A stretch of 46,990 nucleotides of DNA, from NCBI GenBank assembly GCA_029861705.1, contig JAOTYW010000001.1, forward strand, positions 1 to 46,990, given 5' to 3'. Below are positions 31,026 through 40,161 of this stretch, one piece after another (position 1 is the stretch's first letter; each line of letters starts with the position of its first letter). Origin of the DNA: Flavobacteriaceae bacterium. Its GTDB lineage: Bacteria; Bacteroidota; Bacteroidia; Flavobacteriales; Flavobacteriaceae. Under the pieces are notes generated by a model. That model had not been told where the DNA came from, made no database searches, and worked only from the letters and a program-made list of their open reading frames with translations. Position numbers and translations under genes: made by a program.

Positions 31026-33206
31026 TCAACTTCTTGCTAATTCAAAATCAAGATGTCGTTTTACAAGGTCTGTGTCCTTTACACGCACTTCAACCTCGTC
31101 TCCTAACTGGTACGTTTGTCTAGTGCGCTCCCCTACTAAAGCATATTGTCTTTCATCAAAGGTATAATAATCATCCTTTAAATCCCTAATCCTGATCATG
31201 CCTTCACACTTATTGTCTATGATCTCTACATACATTCCCCATTCGGTAACACCAGTAATAACCCCTTTAAATATCTCATTTACGCGGTCCTGCATAAATT
31301 TAATTTGCATATACTTTGTTGAATCCCGTTCCGCACTCGAAGCTAGATATTCCATGTCTGAAGAATGTTTGCATTTTTCTTCATACTCCTTGGCTCTAAC
31401 GCTTTTACCTCCATCCAAATAATGCTGCAGAAGTCGATGTACTATGACATCTGGATAGCGTCTTATCGGCGATGTAAAATGAGTATAATAATCAAAAGCC
31501 AATCCATAATGACCAATATTCTCAGTGGTGTAAATTGCCTTGCTCATGCTACGAATGGCCAAGGTATCTACCAGGTTCTGTTCCCTCTTTCCTTTGACAT
31601 CTTCAAGAAGTTGATTTAAGGAGCTGGAGATGGTCTGCTTGTTCTTAAAATTAATCTTATGTCCAAATCTGCTGATAATACCTTGAAGCGCCATTAATTT
31701 ATCTTCATCCGGATCGTCATGAATTCTATATATAAACTCCTTTTTGGGTTGTTGCTTGCCAATATATGCAGCCACTGATCTATTGGCCAACAACATAAAC
31801 TCTTCTATTAAGTTGTTCGCTTCCTTACCTTCCTTAAAGAAAACTGAAACAGGGTTATTGCCCTCATCTAAATTGAATTTTACTTCAATTTTATCGAATG
31901 TTATTGCCCCACTTGCCATGCGGTTTTGGCGCATAATAAGCGACAGTTCATTTAGTTTTAAGATGGCCTGTTTTACATCTACCCCAATAGTGTAGCTCGT
32001 ATCTCTTATGGATATATCCGCCGGGATAATATCTTTTTTAGTTTCAATAACATGCTGCGCTTCTTCATATGCAAAACGCTCGTTGGAGTGAGTCACTGTT
32101 CTGCCAAACCACTGATGGTGTACATGGGCTTTTTCATCCACTTGAAAAATTGCCGAAAAGGTGTACTTGTCTTCATTTGGCCTTAGACTACACGCCCCAT
32201 TTGACAGGACTTCCGGTAACATAGGAACGACTCTGTCTACAAGATATACAGATGTTGCTCTTTCATAGGCCTCTTCGTCCAGAATACTTCCGGGTGTGAC
32301 ATAGTGAGATACATCGGCTATATGAATTCCAATCTCGTAGAAACCATTTTCTAAAACCCGAAAAGATAAAGCATCATCAAAATCCTTGGCATCTTTTGGA
32401 TCTATCGTAAACGTAAGTACTTCTCTAAGATCTTTTCTTTTCTTTATTTCTTCATCCTTGATCCGGGTGTCAAGAGAATTGGCAAAAGCTTCAACTTCCT
32501 CAGGAAATTTATAGGGTAAGCCATAATCCGCAAGGATAGCATGGATCTCGGTGTGGTGTTCTCCGGGTTTACCCAACACATCTATAACCTGGCCAATAGG
32601 GGAATCCGCATCATCCGGCCATGAAGTAATTTCCACAACTACTTTATCTCCACTTTGTGCAGGCCCCAAATACTCCCTGGGAATAAAAATATCTGTATAC
32701 ATTCTGGAATCTGTAGGGCGTACAAATCCAAAATTATCATGAATATCAATTAATCCAACATGCGACTTGCGGGCTCTTTTAACGATACTAACTACCTCCC
32801 CCTCCATACGCTTAGAACGTGCTCTGGGATATACATAGACTTTAACAGTGTCTCTATGAAAGGCTTTATTTAGTTTTGAAAAGGGTACTATTACATCCTC
32901 TTCAAGACCATCTACAACTACATAGGCATTTCCGCGTAAAGCAATATCTATCCGTCCTTCATAATGTGAAATCCGCTCATTAGCCTGATATTTTGATCTG
33001 TCTAATTCTTTAATCCTTTTTTTAGCTGCCAGTTCTTCAAGCCGTTTAATAAGGATATTTCTACCTTCTGTATCTCGAATCGATAGCTTAGAGGCTATTT
33101 GTTTGTAGTTGAAGGTTTTGTCAGGGGATTGTTCGAGAATGGTAAAAATGCCTTTGGTAATCTCGTTCTTCCGGTGATTTCTTGCCCGCGTTTTCTTTTT
33201 CGGCAT
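31026..33206 (-). CDS. rnr: Ribonuclease R
   Basis: RNB catalytic region (DPKDAKDFDDALS, SVYLVDRVVPMLPE, HFTSPIRRYPD). C-terminal S1 domain (FKGVITGVTEWGMYVEI...GDEVEVRVKDTD). I prefer the ATG at 33206 (MPKKKTRARNHRKNE...) over 33251, which would add a hydrophobic 15-aa extension. Confidence 0.9.
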   Translation of the reverse strand: MPKKKTRARNHRKNEITKGIFTILEQSPDKTFNYKQIASKLSIRDTEGRNILIKRLEELAAKKRIKELDRSKYQANERISHYEGRIDIALRGNAYVVVDGLEEDVIVPFSKLNKAFHRDTVKVYVYPRARSKRMEGEVVSIVKRARKSHVGLIDIHDNFGFVRPTDSRMYTDIFIPREYLGPAQSGDKVVVEITSWPDDADSPIGQVIDVLGKPGEHHTEIHAILADYGLPYKFPEEVEAFANSLDTRIKDEEIKKRKDLREVLTFTIDPKDAKDFDDALSFRVLENGFYEIGIHIADVSHYVTPGSILDEEAYERATSVYLVDRVVPMLPEVLSNGACSLRPNEDKYTFSAIFQVDEKAHVHHQWFGRTVTHSNERFAYEEAQHVIETKKDIIPADISIRDTSYTIGVDVKQAILKLNELSLIMRQNRMASGAITFDKIEVKFNLDEGNNPVSVFFKEGKEANNLIEEFMLLANRSVAAYIGKQQPKKEFIYRIHDDPDEDKLMALQGIISRFGHKINFKNKQTISSSLNQLLEDVKGKREQNLVDTLAIRSMSKAIYTTENIGHYGLAFDYYTHFTSPIRRYPDVIVHRLLQHYLDGGKSVRAKEYEEKCKHSSDMEYLASSAERDSTKYMQIKFMQDRVNEIFKGVITGVTEWGMYVEIIDNKCEGMIRIRDLKDDYYTFDERQYALVGERTRQTYQLGDEVEVRVKDTDLVKRHLDFELARS

Positions 33207-33779
33207 TAGGAGTAAAATATCCGGCAAATTTACAATTAATATAAGGACCATGACATAAGAGCTAATTGTAAACTATCAACAGTACAATTATTAAATATAT
33301 ATTTTAATTACATATAATTTTAGCTTATGATGGGGTGTTAATAGCAGGTATAAAATTTTAAGCACATCCTTGTTATTGACATGCTGGGTACTTTTTCCAC
33401 AAACTATTAAGAATAGAGACTACTCAAATTCAGAACGTTAGTTTCTTTATGCACATCTGTTAATAGTACAATCCACACATGTTTTTTAATAAATAGTTAC
33501 TAAACTCCTGTTGAAGACCGCAGATGAAATTGGTGATGGAATATGTGTAAGTACTTATAACATTGTTCTGTAATTACATTCTTTTTTTATAATGCGACGC
33601 AGTATTAGATATTCAAAATTTAATTGTTGTGGGTAATTAAAAAGTTTTAAACAATTGAATATTTCTTTATTCAATTGATTCTCTGATGGATAGATAATTT
33701 TTAGAATTCTAAGTTAACATTAGCTGTTTTACTCCTTTACAGGGCTCTTTGTACCTTTATAAAAACAAAATTAAGGACA

Positions 33780-34217
33780 ATGAAAATAGCTATTGGGAAT
33801 GATCACGCAGGAACTGATTATAAATTAGCGATCATAGGGCTGTTGAGATCAAAAGGTATAGACGCAATTAATCATGGTACGGATAATATGGAGAGTGTAG
33901 ATTATCCGGATTTCATTCACCCGGTCGCAAAAGATGTTGTCAATGGCAGAGCCGATTACGGCATAATTATATGCGGAAGCGGGAATGGAGCTGCAATGAC
34001 TGCAAATAAGCATCAGGACATAAGGGCTGCTCTCTGCTGGAATAAGGAATTGGTGCACCTCGCCAGGGAGCACAACAACGCTAATGTATTGAGTTTACCA
34101 GCTCGCTTTATTTCACTTTCCCAGGCATTGGACATGGTCTCTGTATTTTTGGATACAGCATTTGAAGGGGGCAGACATGAACGAAGGGTGAATAAGATCC
34201 CATGCACTGCGGGATGA
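33780..34217 (+). CDS. rpiB: Ribose-5-phosphate isomerase B
   Basis: 145 aa, MKIAIGNDHAGTDYK...IIICGSGNGAAMTANKH...NNANVLSLPARF. This is the characteristic RpiB/LacAB pattern. Confidence 0.9.
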   Translation: MKIAIGNDHAGTDYKLAIIGLLRSKGIDAINHGTDNMESVDYPDFIHPVAKDVVNGRADYGIIICGSGNGAAMTANKHQDIRAALCWNKELVHLAREHNNANVLSLPARFISLSQALDMVSVFLDTAFEGGRHERRVNKIPCTAG

Positions 34218-34256
34218 TCATAAACTGTATTGTTGAATTAACTAAAAAGTTTTGGC

Positions 34257-35168
34257 ATGCATAAGCATGATCAATCGCATTCCCATCACTACCCTGAGAC
34301 AGAAAGGCCACTACTTTGGTCTATTGTTCTCAACTCCATTATCACTATTGCGCAGGTTATTGGTGGTTTTATTTCTGGTAGTCTGGCACTACTATCTGAC
34401 GCCCTCCATAATTTTAGCGATGTATTATCACTGGTAATTAGTTATGTAGCATCACGATTATCAAAAAAAAGCGCTTCAAAGAATAGAACCTTTGGATATA
34501 AAAGAGCTGAAATAATCGCTGCGTTTGTCAACTCATCAACACTACTTGTAGTTGCTATATTATTGATCATTGAGGCTGTGGATAGATTTAAAGACCCTCA
34601 GGTCATAGGAACGGGGCTTGTTATTTGGCTTTCATTTCTTGCTATCCTGGTCAATGGTTTTAGTGTCTTGCTGATGCGATCAAGTGCAGATTATAATATG
34701 AATATGAGGTCGGCTTATTTGCATTTATTAACCGACATGATGGCCTCTGTAGCAGTGCTCATAGGTGGAATTCTAATGAAATACTATGAGATCTATTGGA
34801 TAGACCCATTACTCACGGTTATTATTGCCCTTTATTTGATCTATATGGGATTTGATCTATTGAAAGCATCAACTAAGGTGCTCATGCTTTTCACTCCGGA
34901 AACCATTGAGGTAAATGATATCGTTGTTTCTATATCCTCTTTGGAAGGCGTAAAAAATGTGCACCACGTGCATATATGGCAATTGAACGAACAAGAAATA
35001 CACCTGGAAGCACACATTGATTTTCATCGCGATATTACCCTTTCGGCTTTTGATACTATACTGCAGGAGATTGAGGAAAAAGTCTTTAATGAGTTTGGAA
35101 TAAACCATGTTAACATACAGCCCGAGTTTGGTAAATGCGACAGTAAAAAAGTGATTGTACAAGACTGA
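34257..35168 (+). CDS. Cation diffusion facilitator (CzcD/ZitB-like) divalent-metal exporter
   Basis: 303 aa. His-rich N-terminus MHKHDQSHSHHYPE, six TM segments, HNFSD and HLLTD metal-site motifs, and a C-terminal cytoplasmic dimerisation domain. Confidence 0.85.
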   Translation: MHKHDQSHSHHYPETERPLLWSIVLNSIITIAQVIGGFISGSLALLSDALHNFSDVLSLVISYVASRLSKKSASKNRTFGYKRAEIIAAFVNSSTLLVVAILLIIEAVDRFKDPQVIGTGLVIWLSFLAILVNGFSVLLMRSSADYNMNMRSAYLHLLTDMMASVAVLIGGILMKYYEIYWIDPLLTVIIALYLIYMGFDLLKASTKVLMLFTPETIEVNDIVVSISSLEGVKNVHHVHIWQLNEQEIHLEAHIDFHRDITLSAFDTILQEIEEKVFNEFGINHVNIQPEFGKCDSKKVIVQD

Positions 35169-35614
35169 TGGACATTACGGTAAAACCCTTTAAAGAATTA
35201 ACTAAAGAAGAATTATATGAGCTGCTCAGCGTGCGCTCGAAAATTTTTGTTGTAGAACAAAATTGTCCGTACCAGGATGTTGACTTTAAAGATCAAAAAG
35301 CTCTACATGTTTTGGGCAGGGAAGAAGGTAAGTTAATAGCCTATGCCCGGATTTTTAATGCTGGAGATTATATGAAGGAAGCCTGCATTGGGCGAGTGTT
35401 AGTAACAAAAGAAAATAGAAAAAGAGGACTGGCCTATACGATAATGAAAGCCTCTATTGATGTTGTTAAAACCTCTTTTAATACTAACATCATGGCCGTA
35501 TCGGCCCAGCAATATCTAGAAAATTTCTATAATGAACTAGGATTCAAACAAATAGGAGATCTCTATCTGGAAGACGGAATCCCGCACATCAAAATGTTAT
35601 ATACAGAATCCTAG
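35168..35614 (+). CDS. GNAT-family N-acetyltransferase (ElaA-like)
   Basis: 148 aa, FKELTKEELYELLSVRSKIFVVEQNCPYQDVDFKDQKALHV...RKRGLAY. Resembles ElaA. Its start overlaps the CDF gene's stop (TGATG). Confidence 0.75.
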   Translation: MDITVKPFKELTKEELYELLSVRSKIFVVEQNCPYQDVDFKDQKALHVLGREEGKLIAYARIFNAGDYMKEACIGRVLVTKENRKRGLAYTIMKASIDVVKTSFNTNIMAVSAQQYLENFYNELGFKQIGDLYLEDGIPHIKMLYTES

Positions 35615-36678
35615 ATCTCAATAGATTTTCCTGATCGGATGGAAGTATCTGCGGCCAAAACAATTTGCAAACTTCGGATGGCATCATTCATATGCTGACT
35701 AATATCTAAATCTCCAGCGATTGCCTTAAAGAAATATTCTTGTTCGAGGGCGCAGAGCCCATCATGATCTGGCTCTTCGTCTGTATTGATATATTCATCT
35801 TGTTTTGCAAATTGATTATTCGAATCCAGGCTGGAATGGTGAAGAAGCAGACCTCCGGTTTTGGTATGCCCTTCTACATCATCTGTACCCCCGGGAGGCT
35901 TATCGCTAATAGACACACAGCCCTCAGGCCCTATCACATCTTTAATAAAATATGCTGTTTCACTAATCATAGGCCCCCAGCCAGCTTCGTACCAACCAAC
36001 AGAGCCATCATCGAAGACAACATGTAAATGCCCGTAATTATACATTTCTGAATCTACCTCCTCTGTTAATCTGGCACCTATTGCATGTACTCGTACGGGC
36101 GTTGCTTCCGTCATTAAACACATCATGTCCACATAATGCACCCCACAATCTACAATAGGAGACATTGATTGCATTATTTGTTTGTGGGTAAACCAATTAT
36201 CACCACTGCTTTGTTGGTTCAGGTTCATTCGCATCACCAGGGGTTTACCCAGGGTTTTGGCCAGATCAACAAATTTGGTCCAGGACGGATGTACTCTGAG
36301 GATATAGCCAATAACGATCTTTTTGTTCTTAGAATTAGCGAGATCAACCAAAAGCTGCGCCTCTTCTACGGTCGTAGCCAATGGCTTTTCAACAAAGACA
36401 TGACAGTTGTTTTCCAGGGCCAGTTTTGCATAGGCAGCGTGACTATCAGGATATGTATTAATTGAAACAGCATCTGGTTTTGCTGTTTTTAGCGCCTCTT
36501 CATAATCGGCAAAAGTTGGAAGTCCACCAAGTTCGGCAGAAAGCCGATCCCTGCTCTGGGGGCTCCTGCTTACAAGTCCGACAATTTCAAAACCAGCATG
36601 CGCCTGATAAGCTCTGGCATGACTGGCACCCATATGACCACAACCTGCAACCAGGACACGAATTTTATCCATTTTCAT
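35611..36678 (-). CDS. Gfo/Idh/MocA-family NAD(P)-dependent oxidoreductase
   Basis: 355 aa. N-terminal Rossmann motif IRVLVAGCGHMG, an EKP motif (VFVEKPLA), and a family-typical C-terminal alpha/beta domain. Confidence 0.8.
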   Translation of the reverse strand: MKMDKIRVLVAGCGHMGASHARAYQAHAGFEIVGLVSRSPQSRDRLSAELGGLPTFADYEEALKTAKPDAVSINTYPDSHAAYAKLALENNCHVFVEKPLATTVEEAQLLVDLANSKNKKIVIGYILRVHPSWTKFVDLAKTLGKPLVMRMNLNQQSSGDNWFTHKQIMQSMSPIVDCGVHYVDMMCLMTEATPVRVHAIGARLTEEVDSEMYNYGHLHVVFDDGSVGWYEAGWGPMISETAYFIKDVIGPEGCVSISDKPPGGTDDVEGHTKTGGLLLHHSSLDSNNQFAKQDEYINTDEEPDHDGLCALEQEYFFKAIAGDLDISQHMNDAIRSLQIVLAADTSIRSGKSIEI

Positions 36679-37059
36679 TGTATTGCTAAAAGCTTAAAAG
36701 TATAAAACTAGTACAATATGGCCGCTGCTTTTGAAGCCTTTTTGCCTTGCGCATCAGACTAATCAGGATTCAACAATAAGAAAAGCTGCGACAAAGACCA
36801 TTTAGCGGAGGCCTGGTCAATCAGGGAAACCTCGTCTAAAAACCTATCTGTGTAGGGCAACAATAATTTCTTTTCTGCCCGCGCTATGCGCTTCATCGCA
36901 TTTGCCAAACGCATTCGAACCAAAGCATCACCTGAAAAGAAACAATTAAAAAGAGCTTTGCAGTTAGAGGGCTTGTCCAGTCAGCCTTAACTACAGCGAT
37001 GGTATTTCCAAGAGAATTAGGATGCCCGCCGCTTAGCTGTTCTTCATTGGCCTTACTAT

Positions 37060-38028
37060 TTATAGTATAAATTGTTGACCTTGTCTGGCAATGCCATACC
37101 CCTTATTTATTACTTCACGATATTGAATGGAAGTACTGTCAAGCAGTGGATTTGTATGATTCATATGAATAAAGTGGATCTTGTTTCGTTGCTCAGCGGG
37201 GAGCACATCAAACAAGGCCATACTCTCTACTATAAAAGGATGGGGTATATCTTCCATATTTCTGCCAGGCAACTCTATTTCATCATAAAAAGAGCCGTCC
37301 AGAAATGCCATATCTACATCATTTATCAAAGTGGTGATATCCACATCCCAGACATCCCATTTATTAATATCAGGAATAAACAGCGCCTTTTTATTAGGCC
37401 CCTCGATATGATAGCCTACAGTTTCAGAATATTCATCCCTGTGGGGCACAAGGAAAGGCGTGATGCGGGCACCACTTCTTACAGTAACAACTGAATCTGC
37501 CGCCAAGGGCAACAGGCTAATATTTTCCTCACTTGTTAATTGACTCCAAGGCCCATTGTTTTTTAGAAAAGCAGACATTCGCGGCATGGCATATACCGGA
37601 ACAGCATCTGCGCCCTTAGCTTCTTTCCCAAAGTACATAAGCCCGGTATAATGGCCGATATGAGCATGGGTCAAAAATACAGCGGAAGGCAAACCGGAAT
37701 ATCCCGGCAGAATTCCTGTCACCATTCTAAGTTGAGCAGTAATATCCGGAGTGGCTTCAAAGAGCACATATTGCCTTTGTAATGGATCGGTAAGGGCCAG
37801 AGAAACGACGTTTTGAGAGGGTGTTGGTAAATTTTGGGTAAGACAACACTCGGCTTTACAATCTATATGCGGCCTGCCGCCATCCTGGGCAACGCCCAGT
37901 ATTAACAAAGACACGGCTTGATCTGCCCGGGACAGCGATTCTGAGGGAGAAGAATGTATATTCTCTGCACCCTTCTGCCCACAACCCAGCACCAACAAAA
38001 TTGAAATAGCAGATAAGAAATACCTCAT
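37060..38028 (-). CDS. MBL-fold metallo-hydrolase, probable lipoprotein
   Basis: 322 aa. Lipobox ILLVLGC. Metal motif FLTHAHIGHYTG, plus downstream His/Asp residues (VPHRDEYSE, FLDGSF, HMNHTN). Confidence 0.7.
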   Translation of the reverse strand: MRYFLSAISILLVLGCGQKGAENIHSSPSESLSRADQAVSLLILGVAQDGGRPHIDCKAECCLTQNLPTPSQNVVSLALTDPLQRQYVLFEATPDITAQLRMVTGILPGYSGLPSAVFLTHAHIGHYTGLMYFGKEAKGADAVPVYAMPRMSAFLKNNGPWSQLTSEENISLLPLAADSVVTVRSGARITPFLVPHRDEYSETVGYHIEGPNKKALFIPDINKWDVWDVDITTLINDVDMAFLDGSFYDEIELPGRNMEDIPHPFIVESMALFDVLPAEQRNKIHFIHMNHTNPLLDSTSIQYREVINKGYGIARQGQQFIL

Positions 38029-38059
38029 ACAGGAATTTTATGACCTGCATAAAAGTAAC

Positions 38060-39688
38060 TTATTTTAGAATGTTCTTATACGCTTGATTATCGGACAGCA
38101 ACTTTGTGCCTTCAAGAATAGCCACATCGTTCTGCAAGTAATAATTGTACAGGCCTTCTCTATAAAAGTAGCGTTTGATGATCTCGTCTTCAAGGCTTTT
38201 TTTCAACTCACCCGTAAAAGTGTCAAGAGCAGCACGTTTACTGGCGTCAATGGCAGTGGAAAACGCATTATATTGCGCCATGACTTCAGTATTGAAAATA
38301 CTATTTTCATCTTCCTGAATGGCTTTTTGCAATTTATCTTCGATGGCAAGATCAAAGCTAAAATCACTTTGAAATACATGGGCTTTAAATTCATGATAAT
38401 CTTTATCAGAGAATGTAAAGTCATCGACGCTCTTCACATCATGTGAATAATAGTAATCAGTTGCAAAATTAAATACAGCCAGACCATCTTGCAGGGCAGA
38501 AATAAGATCATTTGTTTGTAGCACAGGGATTTCTACATCGGGCATTACCCCACCCCCGTCTTGAACAGTACGCCCATTACGAGTAGTAAAATTCTCAAAC
38601 TTTGTGTTTCTGACAGCTTTTCCCTGATCATCTCTATTCCAGTAATCCAAAGATTGTATACATCTACCAGATGCGGTGTAGTAACGTGAAATGGTCACCT
38701 TGAGTTGGGTTCCATAAGTAAGACGGAGCGGCCGCTGCACCAAACCTTTACCAAAACTTCGTGCGCCCATAATGACTGCCCTGTCGAGGTCTTGTAAACT
38801 CCCGGAAACGATTTCTGAAGCGGAAGCACTTCGGCCGTTAACCAAAACAACCAAGGGGATTTCTTCATCCACAGGCTGATTTTTAGTCTTGTATTCCCTA
38901 TTGAATTTCTTAACCTTGCTTTTGGTTGTAACCACCAATTCCCCTTTTGGAATAAATAGATTCGTCACATTTATGGCTTCAGATAACAAGCCGCCCGGAT
39001 TATTTCTCAGATCGAGGATCAATTGTTCGGCGCCCTGGTCTTTTAGATCAATCATGGCCGCTTTTGTTTGGGCAGAAGCTTTGGCATTAAATTTTGATAA
39101 GACGATATACCCGGTTTTTGAATCTGCCATTCCATAAAATGGAACCGCATCAATTTCAATACCCCCCCGTTTTATAGTTGCGGTTTTAGTCTCTCCCTGT
39201 CTTAAAAATGTGATATCAACCTCAGTATTGTTTGCACCTTTCAAAAGCTCACTGGCATCATCTTTAAATTCAGCAATAGTATTGTTTCCTATTTTCAAGA
39301 TCTCATCACCAGCCTTTAACCCGGCATTGTCTGCCGGATATCCTTTATAGGGCTCAATAAGTAATAGCTTATCATCATAAGATCGCACAAGGGCCCCAAT
39401 GCCCGAATACTCCCCGGCATTATTGATCTTATATGCCTCTACATCTTGTTCATTTAAGAATTTAGTATACGGATCAAGCTCTTCCAGCATGTTTTTGATG
39501 GCAGAATCCATTAATTCAGCAGGATTGGTTTCATCCACATAATTCATATTCAATTCCTTAAATAAGGTTGTGAATATTTCAATCTGCTTAGCGATCTCAA
39601 AAAAGTCATTTTTGAAACTGCTCGCTCCAACTAAAATAAAAAGCGCAAGTACAGGGACTACGACATTTTTACGAATCAGTTTTTTCAT
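38060..39688 (-). CDS. S41-family C-terminal processing peptidase with a PDZ domain
   Basis: PDZ region (GIGALV...AGLKAGDEILKIGN). Catalytic region LVNGRSASASEI and ARSFGKG (Ser/Lys dyad context). The ORF-track start at 39697 is a TTG. The ATG at 39688 gives MKKLIRKNVVVPVLALFILVGASS. The gene overlaps the 3' end of rnpA by 20 nt. Confidence 0.85.
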   Translation of the reverse strand: MKKLIRKNVVVPVLALFILVGASSFKNDFFEIAKQIEIFTTLFKELNMNYVDETNPAELMDSAIKNMLEELDPYTKFLNEQDVEAYKINNAGEYSGIGALVRSYDDKLLLIEPYKGYPADNAGLKAGDEILKIGNNTIAEFKDDASELLKGANNTEVDITFLRQGETKTATIKRGGIEIDAVPFYGMADSKTGYIVLSKFNAKASAQTKAAMIDLKDQGAEQLILDLRNNPGGLLSEAINVTNLFIPKGELVVTTKSKVKKFNREYKTKNQPVDEEIPLVVLVNGRSASASEIVSGSLQDLDRAVIMGARSFGKGLVQRPLRLTYGTQLKVTISRYYTASGRCIQSLDYWNRDDQGKAVRNTKFENFTTRNGRTVQDGGGVMPDVEIPVLQTNDLISALQDGLAVFNFATDYYYSHDVKSVDDFTFSDKDYHEFKAHVFQSDFSFDLAIEDKLQKAIQEDENSIFNTEVMAQYNAFSTAIDASKRAALDTFTGELKKSLEDEIIKRYFYREGLYNYYLQNDVAILEGTKLLSDNQAYKNILK

Positions 39689-40058
39689 TTTTTTCAACAG
39701 TTATTAATTTATCAAAGAGGGAAACCATAGCTTTTTCAACGGTCTCAAAGGTAGGCAGGTCATTGCCAATATATAAAATTAAGAACGCATACTTTCCCTC
39801 TATGTTGTTAAATATTAAGTGCTTATTTAGACGATAGGCTTCTCGGATCGTTCTTTTAATCCGGTTACGGGCAACGGCGCGTTTAAACTTCTTTTTGCCC
39901 ACCATAACCCCCATTTGGGAATGAGCGATGTCGGTATCAGGAACAGTCAAATAAATAAGCTTTAACGGATAGGCAGTGAATGCACGTCCATTGTCGAAGA
40001 CAAACTGGAGCAGCTTTTGACTCTTAAGTCGCTCATTTTTACCAAATCTCAGGCGCAT
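39669..40058 (-). CDS. rnpA: Ribonuclease P protein component
   Basis: 129 aa, basic, with KSQKLLQFVFDNG...KKKFKRAVARNRIKRTIREAYR (the RNR-box region). Size is typical of RnpA. Confidence 0.85.
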   Translation of the reverse strand: MRLRFGKNERLKSQKLLQFVFDNGRAFTAYPLKLIYLTVPDTDIAHSQMGVMVGKKKFKRAVARNRIKRTIREAYRLNKHLIFNNIEGKYAFLILYIGNDLPTFETVEKAMVSLFDKLITVEKNEKTDS

Positions 40059-40161
40059 GGCGCTAAATTACATATTCTGTTGGGGGCGATAGGCATGACA
40101 ATTGTCATATTTCACAGCCGAGAAGGATTTTACCTTGCATATACTTAAAATCACTTCAGGT

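Noticed and set aside
36800-36840. The segment GGCCTGGTCAATCAGGGAAACC, which vaguely resembles the conserved SRP (4.5S) RNA helix-8 region.
   Set aside because: It lacks the GGAA...AGCAGC core and a complementary strand to form the helix, so I judge it a chance similarity.
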